64,000 bases of DNA from Nageia nagi (taxonomy: Eukaryota > Plantae > Pinophyta), in NCBI GenBank assembly GCA_050084985.1, contig JBITNC010000001.1, positions 115,506,001-115,570,000 of the forward strand. Reading direction: 5' to 3'. Of the stretch, positions 50,337 through 64,000 are shown in pieces (positions within the stretch are counted from its first letter, which is position 1; the number at the start of each line of letters is the position of its first letter). The notes beneath the pieces are model-generated. The model ran no database searches. It worked only from the letters and a program-made list of their open reading frames with translations, and was not told the DNA's origin. The position numbers were made by a program, and so were the translations under genes.

Positions 50337-50523
50337 ATCTAATAAATTACTAGTTTAAATATCTTAAAAATATATATCTTAAAACATTAAGAGGTATCAA
50401 TCTTGAGGTACTTTTCACATTTTATTGGAAGAGTGATTTCTAAGATAAATGCTTGGAGATTGATACCTCTCAATATTTTAAATATATATCTTTAATATAT
50501 CTAAGTTAGTTATATATTAAATT
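50337..50523. repeat. Aged fold-back / MITE-like inverted repeat
   Basis: Arms about 50337-50413 and 50447-50523; core AGAGGTATCAATCT pairs with AGATTGATACCTCT; outer arms degenerate. Confidence 0.7.
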
Positions 50524-50534
50524 CAAACATCTAT

Positions 50535-51210
50535 TAAATTGCTTTACATGGTTTATATCACATAATAACATTATTATTTGGGACAATACAAAGAGAAGAA
50601 GATTTATTCAACCCATTAGATGTGTGTTGTGTAATCAAGGTGAAGAAACTATGAAACACCTCCTTCTCAATCCACATAAACTAAAAAATTCTAGAATTGG
50701 TGGCACTCCATATTTAATTAAAAAGAATGGTATCCTCTCAATGGATAATGATAAAATATTTAAAGAGGAATATGGACCAATTGAATGAAAATTAGGGATT
50801 ATTATAGTAAAATTATTAGACATAATACATGCCAGATTATAAGAAGAGTCTCAAAGGATAGTGGAAGAACAAGATATTTAGGTACAACTCTGGAAGCAAT
50901 TGCAAAATAGAAGTTACAAAGAATAAAAAATAGGTACATGAGGGAGCAATAGACTCCAATAGAAGCAACCCTCTAGAGATAAAAATGAGGCATAAGATAA
51001 AGAGCATGGAAAGAGGATATCATTGATAGATAAAAGCAAAAAGAAAAATTGTAATTTGCATCTAGGTAAAAAAGGTAGGGTAAAAAAAAGAAAGTATAAA
51101 CTAATTAATTTTTGAATATTTTTTAATCTTTTATTAAAAAAATGTATTCATTAATCATTTTGTTAATTGAATATAAATTATTACCTCACCATCTCCATTA
51201 CATTTGAAGT
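50535..51210 (+). repeat. Older paralogue of the block at 25508-26510 and its B' copy
   Basis: RCVLCNQGEETMKHLLL plus collinear DNA (GAAGAACAAGATATTTAGGTACAACT; AAAGAGCATGGAAA). Confidence 0.8.
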
Positions 51211-52319
51211 TTCTTAGGAAACACTATATCAAAAAAGGTCTTTGGTGGTGGTTTATAATTGCCGTAAAGATCTATACAAGTGATTATCCATCTGCTTGCT
51301 ATCAGCTCATCATTTAAAGTTATTTTTGTATGAGGATATTTAAAATCCACCCACATATGGATGCATAAAATGTCATTGAATGAAATACAGATGTACTTAT
51401 TAAGTGCCCCCTTAAACTATAAAGTGGTAATTTATAATAATTTCTTAATAATTACATTTTTAAAAAAAAATGTGTAGTATAAAAGTATTCTATAGTTAGA
51501 AAACTTGTTGGAAGAATGCTTCCAAATCATACCTTCCTAGGTTACCTAAGGTACACTTCATAACGGATCGATCATAGTGGTGGGCATGGACTTCAAGAGG
51601 ATGGACCAATGTGAATGACCAATCATCATTCAATATTTTATCTTACTCATCCTATTCCAAGAATAATGGTACCAAAAGGAATACCAAAGCATGCATCTTT
51701 AGTGGCCCAATTGATGGATATCAGATGTAATAGGTTTTTCATGCTTGTAACAAACCTGTCAAAAAGTGATAAAATTATTATATCAAAAATTTTAATTATT
51801 TGAGCATAATTATGTAATTCTTGATCCTACAAGTATTCTTTATCTTTAGAGAATAATTGTAGAGCATATATGAATCTTATTGTGTTTATCTTTGTATTCA
51901 TATTCCATGTACATTACATAATCTTCATGTCTAAAAAAAAGATCCAAATGTTGATGATTATCGTAAGAAACTTGCCAAAGAGTTACAAATTACCTTTTTC
52001 ATACAATTAGATTATATTTGAGCTAATGGTGGTGCTTGTTATCATAATTTTTTGATTAATATATGAAATTTCTAAAAATCATATGCTTATAGCAAAAGGA
52101 ACCCAAAAGATATCTCAAAATGGGACACAAAAATTGGCTTAACAAAGGAAAGTAACGGTCTAACCCAAAGAAATTTGCAAGGGTAAAAAACATTTCAAAA
52201 ATTGTTAAGTTGGTCTCACTCTCCATATGTTATGAAATGATGCAACTATTTCATATGATATGATTTGATCTTAATACATTCTATGATTCAAAACCTAGCT
52301 TTGATAAGGAAAGAAATTC

Positions 52320-52575
52320 CTCAAAATAGAAATTTTTGAAGTGTCACAAACTAGTACAAAAGTGAAATAAAATAGATAATGTTTTTGATGGATACAATAA
52401 GAAATCCTTTAAACTCATTAATCTAATGAATCAGTTGGGAACCAACCCTAATAACATAATGTTTGTATGTGTTGTACTTGCAAGGATCTATGAAAATCTA
52501 GTGGATGAGAGTTATAAATACTTTAATAACATGAGTTTTTGTTATTGCATTATCCCTAGAATGAATCATTATATG
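52320..52575 (+). pseudogene. PLS-class PPR gene fragment
   Basis: MNQLGTNPNNIMFVCVVLARIYENLVDESYKYFNNMSFCYCIIPRMNHY matches M..G..PN.VTFV.VL.ACSHAGLVDEG..YF..M...Y.I.P...HY. Confidence 0.8.
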
Positions 52576-53294
52576 GGTGGGTGTAAGAAGATGAGTCCAT
52601 ATAAAGAGGAAGTTTTATGACATAAAAAATTTAAAAAATAAATTTTAGTTTTTTTAATAACTTTTTATTTTTTAAGAATCTTAAGAAAAAAATATATGGG
52701 ACAACCTTTAGATAATTCTTTACAAAATTTAAAAAAAAAAGTTTGAAAAAATAATAACTTTAGGTAAAATTATGATCCATAAAACTACAATTATGACCCA
52801 TAAAAAATTATGACCCATGGATTAAACTATGCCTTCTTTAAAACTAAAATTATAACCCATAAAAACTTAATAAAAAATTTAATATTCATGAAAAAATTAT
52901 GAAAAAATATCAAGGATAAGATTTATTGTATTAGGTATTTTTTCCCAAAAGGATTTAAAAAATTATTTTAGTTTAGATTAAAATATATGTGATGGATATG
53001 TTTGTGGTATGGTCCTGAAATAATATTTTTTAAACAGTAGTTTTTATTTATACTTATAAAAAATAAATTTTTATCATATAGGTATTAGTATAAATTACAT
53101 ATTTGAAAACTAGATTCAAAACACTAATAACCTTCTTCAAGATTCCATGTCTAAGTGCTCCAAATTTTGAGATCAATGTGACCAAACCTAAAAAATTAGG
53201 AAAAGACTTCCACTTTTTGGTCATAAAATGTATCCAACATTTTGTACTAACACATACATGCATTATGTGGAAATACTCAATGAACTAAATATTC

Positions 53295-53500
53295 AAAATA
53301 CACCATACGGTTTAAAATGATGCTATTGTATTGTACCATATGATATAAAATTATCTAAATATACTATATGATATGAAATGAACTAAATATGTACACATAT
53401 GATATGAAATGGTCGAAGCACACCATATGATATTATATGATCTAAATGAAGTAACATATGTTATAAAATGATTTATTTATACCATATTCTCTAAATTGAT
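53295..53500. repeat. Degenerate ~29-33-bp minisatellite (about 7 copies)
   Basis: Recurring ACCATATGATATGAAATGATCTAAAT variants. Confidence 0.7.
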
Positions 53501-53507
53501 GTAAATA

Positions 53508-53724
53508 ATAGTTTCATGGCCTACAATGATCACACGATATGCAATTTATAGATACAATAAAAATACCTTTCAAATCTTTGATCGAATGAAGTAATTTGGA
53601 ACAAACCCTTACAACATGAGTGAATCTTATTGCATTATTCTTGGTATGACTCATTATATATGCATTATTTGATAAGATACATGCATGACAAATACAATTT
53701 CATGGTTTGTAATGATTACAAGAT
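53508..53724 (+). pseudogene. Second PLS-class PPR fragment with stop and internal deletions
   Basis: Manual translation IVSWPTMITRYAIYRYNKNTFQIFDRMK*FGTNPYNMSESYCIILGMTHYIC, then LFDKIH...NTISWFVMITR in other frames. Confidence 0.8.
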
Positions 53725-53733
53725 AAGTGATCC

Positions 53734-56700
53734 ATAAACCATAGTAACATTGGGATTCTAAGATCAACACAATCGATTCTCATACTTTTATATTACCAAG
53801 TGCTTGTGAAAAGTTTAAGACTTACGCAATTATAAAACTTAAAATAATTAACACAATAAATAAAAGTGAGAAATCATCACTAAAAAATGGGACACCACTA
53901 TACCATAGTTCACCCAATGTGGGCTACATATACTATGTCTGAACTATGATGAAAAGTGATTACAATGTCATTTTCCAGAGGCTTCCAATCTCTAAATGGA
54001 TTTTACCTTCTAATTCCACAAAAATCTCACTAGTCAATAATTTCCATCCTATATTTGTATGAAATTTTACAAATATTTGCTTATGTATTCACTAGCATAG
54101 CATCTCTCCCAATTCCCTTTAAGAAGTGGGTTCTCATTTTGACTCTCGAAATTAGACTAAGAGGTCTCTCCTCTCTTTTTTATATCTTTTTTCCTAAGAG
54201 TTTCATCATCCTTTCACTCTCCATAAATCTCTTTTTATAACATTAAGGAGTTTTAAAAATGTAGATAAGTGGTTACAATAATAATATCAAATTTGATGTG
54301 TTAACCTTTAAAAATGCTCTCTCTCATATACTCTTGATAATAATCACCATTTGGCTTCATACTATAGTGTATAGCTTCAATTAGACTATGCCACTTGGCA
54401 TAAAATAATAGGGTTAACTCCCTTTGAATTGACAAATATCCCATATCCATTTTGGTGGTTAACTCAAGCATGGAGGCTTATCAAATGATTTGCTAATGGT
54501 GACTATAATGGGATGTTGACCAATGGTTAGCAATGGCCATATTGGCAAGTGGGTAGTTTTTGAACCTGGCATGGATGGTAATATTGATGGCTTGCTCTAG
54601 GTAATCTTCTACATATGATTGTCCACAACATCATGTACTCTACTTGACTTATTTGAGCATCAATTCTTTCATAGTTTTTAGATGACATTTCACTTATGAA
54701 CCCACCAAGTTCAAGAACTCATCCCAATATAAATATACCATTTTACTAACATTAGTTGGATTAGTACCACCTTGACATGAATGTCACCATGTCCCTTGGG
54801 TCCCACCATAGGATTTTAAATAGTTTTCCCTTTTAATTTGAAAAATAATAATCCTCAATTATTAATTTCAAAACTTTGAGTGATAAAAATATGAATTGTA
54901 GCTCTATTTTTGTTGTTGTTTAAAACATTAGGATCTTGAAGAAGAGGTCTTTGACATTGAGCACATAAATATTGAAAAAGAGGAACTTCATTTTTTCACC
55001 ATTTTTAATGTATTTATAAATCCATTTTGGATCACTCATCCCTACTTAGGGGGTTTTTGGTCCCCAAAATCTTTACTCAAATCTTAGGTGAGGTGAAGGA
55101 TTGGTAATCAACTATGACCTCTATTTGAAGTTTGAACTTTCCAAGTTTTGCAATTCTTTTAGTTCTTCTAACTCATATCCATTTAAATTCTCACTATGAA
55201 ATTTTTTTTCCTCACATTATTTGGTTATATTGTCCAGTCCAAGTGAACTTAATAATGTCGTAATTATGAGTAGCATAAATAAAGATAATTCGAAAGTTTT
55301 GGATAATAGATTAGAAGTAAAATTTCTCAATCTTGAGCATGGGAAACACTACTTTACAATTTATTTTTATGATGAAGGTATTTTGATTACTCGCTTCTCT
55401 AGTTTCTTTTGGACCACACCAACAATAGAGATGGGTTAGTCTTACTTCGGTAAGATCAAATTATAAGTTACTTCAACTTTCACAAGGTGATATCGATTCT
55501 TCTCTTGATGAAACACTGCATTCCTATTAGATAAATACAAACTACCAAGCACAATACTATGCAATACCAATGGTATAACATCAACCAATACATCATTAGT
55601 AAACTATGAACTAATTATAAATATTAAATGATATTTCTAAATTACTTTAATTTCACTATTACTACTCACCCAACCATATGGAAAAGGATGTGAAATCACA
55701 TGTAAACCGAGTCTAGCAATAAGATCTTTAGCAATCATATTCGATTAAGATGTAGGATCAAAGAGTGCATCAAATTTTACCATCTTTTCTTGCATCTTCA
55801 CATAAAATAACTCCTCTCATCAATTTGAAGGATAAGGAATTTTGATTCCCATAAAGGTCACCTTCTTTTAAGGTTCAACACATCCAACTTTGAGAACTAT
55901 AGAAGGCTTTTCTTTTTTCCTATACACCTTCTTGAGTATCTTAGGTTTCTTGGGATCTTTAGATTTCTTTGGATGTAACTCTAGATGTACATTCCAGTAT
56001 TGAATCTTGATGTGGCCTCCCTTACCGTAGAAGTAATAGATCTTTTCTCATTATTCTTCACAATGCCAACATGTTTCATACCATGAAGATAATCTTTCTT
56101 CTTAACAACACCTAATGATGTAGAAGCTTCAAGAGTAAACTATCTCATTTTCTCCTACTTCAGCATGATCATTAGGTTTCATTTAATTCTCTAATTGATC
56201 AATTCTTTCAATAATTTTCTTCAATATTCTTTCAAACTCAAAAATGTTATCTTGTAGTTCAACAATAATCCTCTCTGTACTTATAGTACAAAAATTGCAG
56301 TTGCAAAAATATTAGTATGTCAAAAATAAGAAAACTAACACCCAATATGTAAACCCTAGTTGCCTTGACATTTCTAAGATCAACGTAATGGATTCTTACA
56401 CTTGAAAATTTCTAAGTACTTGTAAAATTTTTAATATTTAAGCATTTATAAAACTCAAAATAATTACCATAATAACTAAAAGAGAGAAATCATTCATCAT
56501 AAAATGTGATATCGATATATCCTGGTTCACCTAATATGGGCTACATCTAACATGTCTGAATTGTGATGAAAATTGATTTCAATGTCATTATCCTGAGGCC
56601 TCCCATCTCCAAATGAAGTTTTCCTTCTAATGCACAAATAATCACACTAATATCTCAAATAATTCTCATGATATCATTGCATAGAATTTTACAAATATTT

Positions 56701-56957
56701 TCTTATGCTTTACTAGCATAGCATCTCTCCCAATTCCTTCTAAAAAATGAGGTCTCAATTCCACTCTCAAAATTATACTAAGAGTTCTCTCCTCTTAAAA
56801 GTTTAACCATCCTTCCACTCTCAATAAATCTCCTTTTATAACATAAATAAGTTTTAAAAAAGAAGACAAATAATTATAATAATAATATAAATTTGGTGTG
56901 TTCCCCCTTATGAATGATCTCTCCCATATCCTCTTGATAATAGTCTCATTTGGCTCC
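53734..56957 (-). mobile_element. Old, internally deleted Ty3/gypsy element; limits approximate
   Basis: Diverged direct repeats (about 53734-54358 and 56348-56957) flank minus-strand remnants of a Zn knuckle (GKGGHIKIQYWNVHLELHPKK, near 56000) and aspartic protease (FDALFDPTS*SNMI near 55760; IVLGSLYLSNR near 55540). Confidence 0.72.
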
Positions 56958-57002
56958 CTTTATTTAGATATTTCATGTAACAATATTAATTAAACATTGT
57001 TA

Positions 57003-60000
57003 TGTAATGACCAGACCAATTACACTTATTAAGAATCAAACCATCAAGAATTTGAATGTGATTAAGATTTAATTTTGTTGTGATATGAGTAATTTTAAAT
57101 GGATATATATATATATGATTTATGTCAATTTTATGTTGTCTTTGAGATTTTATGACATAGATTACAGGTTGACTCGAGATGGAGGGTCAAGTTAAAGACC
57201 TAAGGGAACAAGGGTGAGTTGGTTATGCAAACAAATTGGTAAGAGTGAGGAAATGATTGGTATTGATTTGTTGATAGATATTAAGACCTTCATATATTAT
57301 ATAAATGCATAAAATACAATTTATAATTATTGTGCATAATAATTGATTTCAATTATACTTTTGTATGTGTGTGTGCACTAACAAATCTACCTTGTAGTAT
57401 GAGTGGTTTCCACATGTAAAGATGTGTGTAAAACTAAGACATACATTTTGGAATTTGCACTAGAAATAATTTAACTATTTGTAAAGAATATTCCAATTAT
57501 TTGAATTCAAATTTTAACCAAGGAATATTGATTAAAGTTAGTAAAAATAAAAATTAGGAGTTAGAAGAATTATTTATCTTTTATTGGTGGTTGCAAGGTT
57601 ATTTTGGCATGTTGCAAAAATAATTGAGTTATCTCCAACACATAAATTATTTTCTTTTGTTAGGTGTAAAATGATTGATAAATTATTATTTTTATTTCTT
57701 TATGGAAGGTGTGTAATTAATTTGGAGGACATAGGGAGATGGTCCAAACCCTCTTACAAAAAAATGAAATCCCTACACTTTACATGAAAAGTAGATGAAT
57801 TAGACAAATAGTATTTATTTTGGATGGATACTAATATCCTTAGACTATAAATATCTAAGTGTGTGATCATTGGAAACATAATTCACACTTCTCTCTTCTC
57901 TCAAAATTGATCTAGGAGGATGTGAAGATAGAAATATTCTTCTTTCAAGTTTAGGTTCCCCTCCTAGCATTTTAGATATTAATGTTAAAATGTCAAAATG
58001 ATAGCAAAGTATTGGAATTTTAGTTAATATATTTTATATTATACATGAATATTTTTCATAATATTATTGAATAATTTAGTTCTTAATATTTTTACTCTAG
58101 TTGTGCTTTGAAAAGCCTATCAACCATTTCTTTACATGTGACTATTGGTACACTTTATCTATTTGTAATTGAATAGAGTAAATTATTTATTTAAAACTAA
58201 TTATTATGTGTATATGATAAGTCACAAGTCTTGCATTATGTGATAGGAGAAATAAAAAAATAAGAAAAAGGGTATATACATTAATAGTCTATGAGTTCAC
58301 ATGTGCTATGTCGTATGGCATTTTGTCTCCACTCTTAGACCCTTTTTGAATAACCAAAAATCAATGCAATGGATAGTCAATTTTAATGTTAGATACTTTT
58401 CTCCTGTTCTAACTTTGAAGTAGCATTTTAGTAGTTTTTTTATTTTAGATGAAGGCAATCCCTTCGATATGTTATTTCAAGTAAATTTTATAGGTGCATA
58501 CTTTTTTAAAATAGGGTTCCAGTAGCTAACCTCCCTAGCATGCCTTTATGTGTTTATACTTCATCGATTGCACCCATATATACACATTTTAAGGGATAAT
58601 TTATTCAAACATGTTGTGTACCTATTTTGGGCCTATCTCTTATTGCATGATGCAATATATTAGACTACATTTTAATAAGATGTATGTTAACCATTCTCCA
58701 TGTGTCTATGACCAATGAGTATACATGATAAAGCCTTTGTCAAAAAATAATTCATGGATCCTTATAAAGTATCCATTTTGTGCACACCTAGGTTACATGT
58801 ATGCCTACCCAATAGAGCTATTTGCATGAGAGGTAGTATTCTTCATAAGCTTCCTTCACATATTTATCAAATCATATTGATCACTAATAGACTTTAGGTG
58901 ACATTTTGAAGTGTGATTTTATTAAACAAATCATAGTTCTACTCAACGTATATGAAATAGTTTGTCAAGTGATTCATATAGTGCTCTCAATGCATCTATT
59001 TTTGAGTAAATCTTGTATTCATTATGGAGCTATGAGGTGTACACTTGGGCTATACAAAAACCATATGACTACTATGTATTTTTCCTATGATTTTGAAAGT
59101 AGATGGATAACACATGCACAATGTAGCTCCTAACATACCCTATGGTCCTTGGGGTCTATAGGGCTACATTGGTGAGACAATTTGCCAAACAAATATCCAA
59201 CCTTCCAAATGTATCCATTAGAGGAAACATAAAACCTCTTGAGGTCATTCTAGAGGGAACATAAAACCTCTTGAGGTACTTAAAAAGGGGAATTTGAGCT
59301 TATTGAAATGGATTATGATGCATTTAGAGTAAAAATACTTTTGGTCAAAAGGATGTCCTAATCCTTAATACTCATAAGCCATTCCTAGTACTCAATATCA
59401 ATGAACCTTGGATCCTTGGAAGATTTTAACAGATGAAGATGACAAGGAGTTACAATGAAGACATAATGAAGATCATCAAATACCTCTACATGTATGTGTT
59501 ATAATTTCCCTACATTGTAAGGGAATACATATAATTAAGGGTCTCACTTCTCAACTATATAAATTAGGGTTACCCTACATTTTAAAAGATTTAAACCCTC
59601 ATGTATAAAAATAGGGTTGATATTAATCTATTTATATCCATAAAGAAAGCCTATGAATTATATGTAAACCTAGTGATCTAAAATATGTATTTGATGTATT
59701 GCTTTTAAATTTTTATATATATACATATTTGGAATGAAACATTAGAATTTGAATCAAAGAAAGACTTGTCATATGATTTACGTAATTCAAGGAGTATTAT
59801 TATGCTCATATATAATAACTATAAAAGTAGGGTACAAAATAAATTCATAGATATGAATGTAATTATGAGTACAATTCTAATGTCATTAAAAAAAATTATA
59901 AGCTAGGGATGTAGCTCAAATTAGTTAGATGGATAATAAATAGGATAACACCATGGATACTTAGACACTTGTAAATAGATTAAGTAGGATATCCTAGTGT

Positions 60001-63000
60001 CAATATGATATTATTCATACAAACATAGATAATGAATGGAAAAAAAGATATTTTCATGATAGCCCATATTAAATGTTACATACCAGTAGGATAGAGGAAG
60101 AAAACTTATATCATGGTTGGAACTAATAATGTAGCGAACATGATCTTAAGAATAATCACTTCAAGATATTATAAAAGAATATTTATATGTCCAAAACCCT
60201 ATAAAATTAATAATTATCTTGAAAAATGTTACTTGGATCGAATGATGATGTTTGAATCTAAACCTTGAGGATGACCTAGATTAGGTGATAAACCCTAGAA
60301 AGGTAATGGGAAGATCAAGCATCAAATAATTCTACAAGGATAAAATGTATGGGTTATCTCAATGTTGAGGATAAATACATAGAAAGTTAATTTTTGGTTA
60401 GTATAACTCACTAAATGACATATGAAAGGAATATTCCATGAGTATGGACCTCTCTACACTGCACTTTCTTATTGGAAGTAGTTGAATTTTGTGTTAAATC
60501 AAGAATTGTTATTAGTTTCTAGCATGTGAGGCTTTTGTAAATAAATACTTTATACATCGCATCATGTGTGTGGGACAATTACAGTACTTTTGGATAATCC
60601 TAGTAACTTCTTGAATAAGTTTGATTTGAAATTTCTTGCATATGTTGATGAATTTGTTTTAAATATGAAAGATGGTTTGTTGACCATGATTTAGATTAAA
60701 TTAACATATTAATGCTTGATACAAGTATAATACCTAAAAACCCTAATAATTAATCCAAGATCAATTATTTTTGGGAATGATAGGACATGGGGTGGTTTTA
60801 TTTTATAAACTTGGTTACAACTTATTAGAATGTACAAACCACTTAAGGGTATTGCCCTAATACCCATGGCTCCCCAAGATATGGGTATGAGGATGCCAAA
60901 CTCCATGGTGAGCCTAGATGATAGATATGGGTAGGCTAGTATCTCATATCCTTGACAAGGTGTCAGATGAAGATAGCAGTCAAGAAAACTATGGTTATCA
61001 GATTAGGGTAATTAGTAATCATACTACTTATAGTAGAAAATATGAGTATAAAAATTATTCCATAGGTGATGATGCTTACTTGCTCATTAGGAAGTTTTCT
61101 TAGGATAAATTATTTGATCCTATGAATTGAAGGGTTATCATTGAAAAAGGATGTATAACCTAGTGGATGAGCATTCTCTTGTGTGATATGGGCCCTGAGT
61201 AGGAAAGCACTATGTCATGACCAAAATAGTTATTGTAGAGTTCATGAGAAGAAATGGTGGGGTCACTTATGAGGGGTCTCCCAACATGATGAGGGTTGTG
61301 TGGTGAACACCATAAGGAATTTCTTTATGGTTGGCAAATCCATATTTGGCCAATCTTTCCATGTGAGTGTTGACTAGCTAGCATGATATGCTCCTATGGA
61401 TCACCTTCTCCGTTCCTATATCATTCAAGTTATTAAACTAATAAAAATAAAATTAGGTCTAAAATTTTAGGGTTTGTGATGTTAGGAAAAATTGAAAATA
61501 TTATCAAGAAATAGATGGTAGCATTATAGTGGTATCAGAGCATCAAGTTTAAACTCTCTAGTCTATGGTCCATGACTCTTTTGCTATAACAATTTAGGAA
61601 GTCAAAATGAGTATGCTTAAGCCTAATGAAAACACCATTTTTTGGACTCAGATTATAGCAATTCCAAGATATGTAACAAGAGCTTTAGGTAGCCTATAAT
61701 GAGGTGCCAAAAATAGCCTTCCCATGAATGCTAATGTAAAGGAAAATAGAATGAATGTTAGGGGTTAAAATGTAAGGAACAAAATAATAAGGAATGCTAA
61801 TAGAAGGGTTCCTAATAATGAAAATGTTTTGCAAGCTACCTCACTCATAATAATGAAGGAGAAGAAGCCATTAGAAGGTTAAAAGAGTAGGGTGGTGCAA
61901 CAACAAGAAATTATAAACAACCTATTAAATCAATGGGCTAAACATCCAAGAGAAGAATTTGTTCTAAAGTAAGCAAGGCCTAAAGCAACAAATGACTAAA
62001 TTAAAGCAAGAATTGAACAAGATATTGCATCAAACCTTAAGAAAGCCCATATTCTAAAGTTTAATAGTAAGTAAGAGGGTGATAAAGTTGAAATGTTGTT
62101 AGAAGAACCAAAGATATATTTCTTCAATGAAGAACATACTCCAGAAATAAAAAATGTATGGTCTGCCTACAACTTTCAAGATATTACACTATAGTAGTGG
62201 AATGATTACAATATTAAGCATGGGATCCAGTACCTAAAATGGCTAGAATTTGTTACAGCATTTCACAAAAGATTCATTTCCCAAATCTACTATGATAGAA
62301 AGTATGAAGAAAACTATACCTTGTAACCAGGATCTATGAGTGTCTAAAGGTACCATCAAAAAATTTTCAAGCTACTCAAATATGTCCCTAAAGATAAGAA
62401 CCATAAGAATGCCCATAGGTTTCTTGTTTGGATAGATCCTAAGATTAATAGTATGGTGAATGTATTGAATCACAAAATTCTTGAAGAAGTGTATGACCTC
62501 ACAAAAAGGAAAGAAACTAATCTAAGTGTTAATAAGATCTTTGTAAATTACATTCTTTTGGATGAAAAAGATAAGAAAATCTATCAAAAGAGTAATAGTG
62601 CAAAGCATCAAGCATAATAGATAAGAAATAAGAAGATAAAAGAAAATAACCATAGTTATAAGGATAGTAACCAACCCAAATTTGGGAAAGGGTCAACTGA
62701 AAAGAAGGATTATAAGAAGAAGAATTTTTAGAGGAAAAATTAGTCATTTTGTAAGAAAAATTTTAACACTTGGAATGGAAGCCAATGTTCCAAGAACTAT
62801 AATTAAGGATTCCCAAACCAAAGAGTCAATCAGAATGCATCTAAGGACAAGTTTCCACAATAGAAGAAGGGTCCTAGATATGGATGTTAGAATTATGGTG
62901 GACCTCACTATGCCAATCAATGTCCCTTGAAAAAAGATCAGTCCAAAGAACAATGTATCTTTGTAGTTACAAGATCAAAATAGGCCATCAAACAAGCCAC

Positions 63001-64000
63001 ACCTTCTTCAAATCCATGATAAAATTTATGACAAATATTTTAGGTTTTTGATATATTATGGAGGTATAAATAGTTTTATTTCAAATTCCTTAGTTAAAGA
63101 CATGTCAAAGGCCCAAGAAATTTTAACAAATGAATGGCAAGTGGAGTTTGGATCTAGAAAATAATGCCCTATTAGATAATGATTTAGGGATGTTGAAATA
63201 GAATTATCCAAGGGATATATTATTTGGGATTTGTATGTGGTTTGCTTAGCCTCTTATTATATCATTATAGGAATGGATTGGTTAATGGCATACAAAGCTC
63301 TCACTGAATTCCAAGATAGATGAGTAGAATACACTTATGTATCTCAAAATCTATACATGATGTATAGTGATCAAAGACCTTTTCAGCCTTACTTGATCAC
63401 ATCCATGTAAGTTAAAAGAAGCATTGGAAAAGGAGAGATGATTTATTAGGTCAAGATTAAGGAAATTGAGCAGAGGATAAGGATATAGAACTACTAAATA
63501 AGTACCCTATGCTAAAAGAATACAAAGATGTATTCCCTAAAGATATACCAAGATTATCCCCCAAATAAGAATTTGATTTCTCCATGGGTTTAATGCCTAG
63601 ATTCAATCCTATTTTTTATAAACATCATATAGAATGAATACTATTGAGATGTAAGAGTTAAAGGTACAATTGCAAGATCTATTAGAAAAAGGTTGATAAA
63701 ACCTATTGTATCACCATGGGGTGCTTCTATGTTAGTTTTGAAAAAGAAAGATGGTACTCTAAAGTTGTATATCGATTATCAGATGCTAAATACGGTCACC
63801 ATAAAAGATGGGTATCCTTTACCTAGAAATGATGATTTACTTAACCAACTCAAGGATGTTACTATCTTCTCAAAGATATATTTGAGATTGAGATACCATT
63901 AATTGAGAATTAAGGGATTAGATACTCATAAACTAACTTTCAAAAGTAGGTATGGAAACTATGAGTTTGTGTTAATACTTTTTGGGTTAATGAATGCTCC
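57003..64000 (+). mobile_element. Ty3/gypsy (chromovirus-like RT) element: long 5' LTR, PBS, decayed gag-PR-RT; runs off the window
   Basis: PBS TGGTATCAGAGC at 61530-61541; knuckle GC*NYGGPHYANQCP near 62890; protease VLIYYGGINSFIS near 63050; [25 protein letters not shown]...YPLPRNDDL (63693-63902). LTR inferred as 57003-61528 from termini TGTAATG...CATTATA; start less certain. Confidence 0.85.

Noticed and set aside
51222-51480. CACTA transposon (CACTATATCAAAAA start)
   Set aside because: No convincing matching TAGTG terminus or 3-bp TSD found.

Overview
AT-rich, CpG-depleted plant genomic DNA, most likely a large-genome gymnosperm/conifer (inferred from the retroelement and PPR-relic style, not proven). 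There is one intact gene, an intronless-CDS DUF4220-DUF594 membrane protein (20052-22244, +). The rest is mostly retroelement sequence: a Ty1/copia-like element with both LTRs, PBS, PPT and TSD (3811-15373) carrying a probable nested element, a related TRIM, a full-length decayed L1 and an ORF1-only L1 derivative (both TSD-bounded), three Ty3/gypsy relics, two fold-back elements and PPR pseudogene fragments. The main structural feature is a rearrangement A-gene-B-(TA)12-inverted A'-B'. It duplicates 5.2 kb upstream (inverted) and 10.2 kb downstream (direct) of the gene while skipping the CDS. This places an inverted copy of the gene's putative promoter/exon 1 facing an older paralogous promoter, a candidate source of antisense or hairpin RNA. 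Two segments (about 10.9-11.6 kb and 46.7-47.2 kb) look like consensus/polishing artefacts. All alignments and divergence counts were done by eye.
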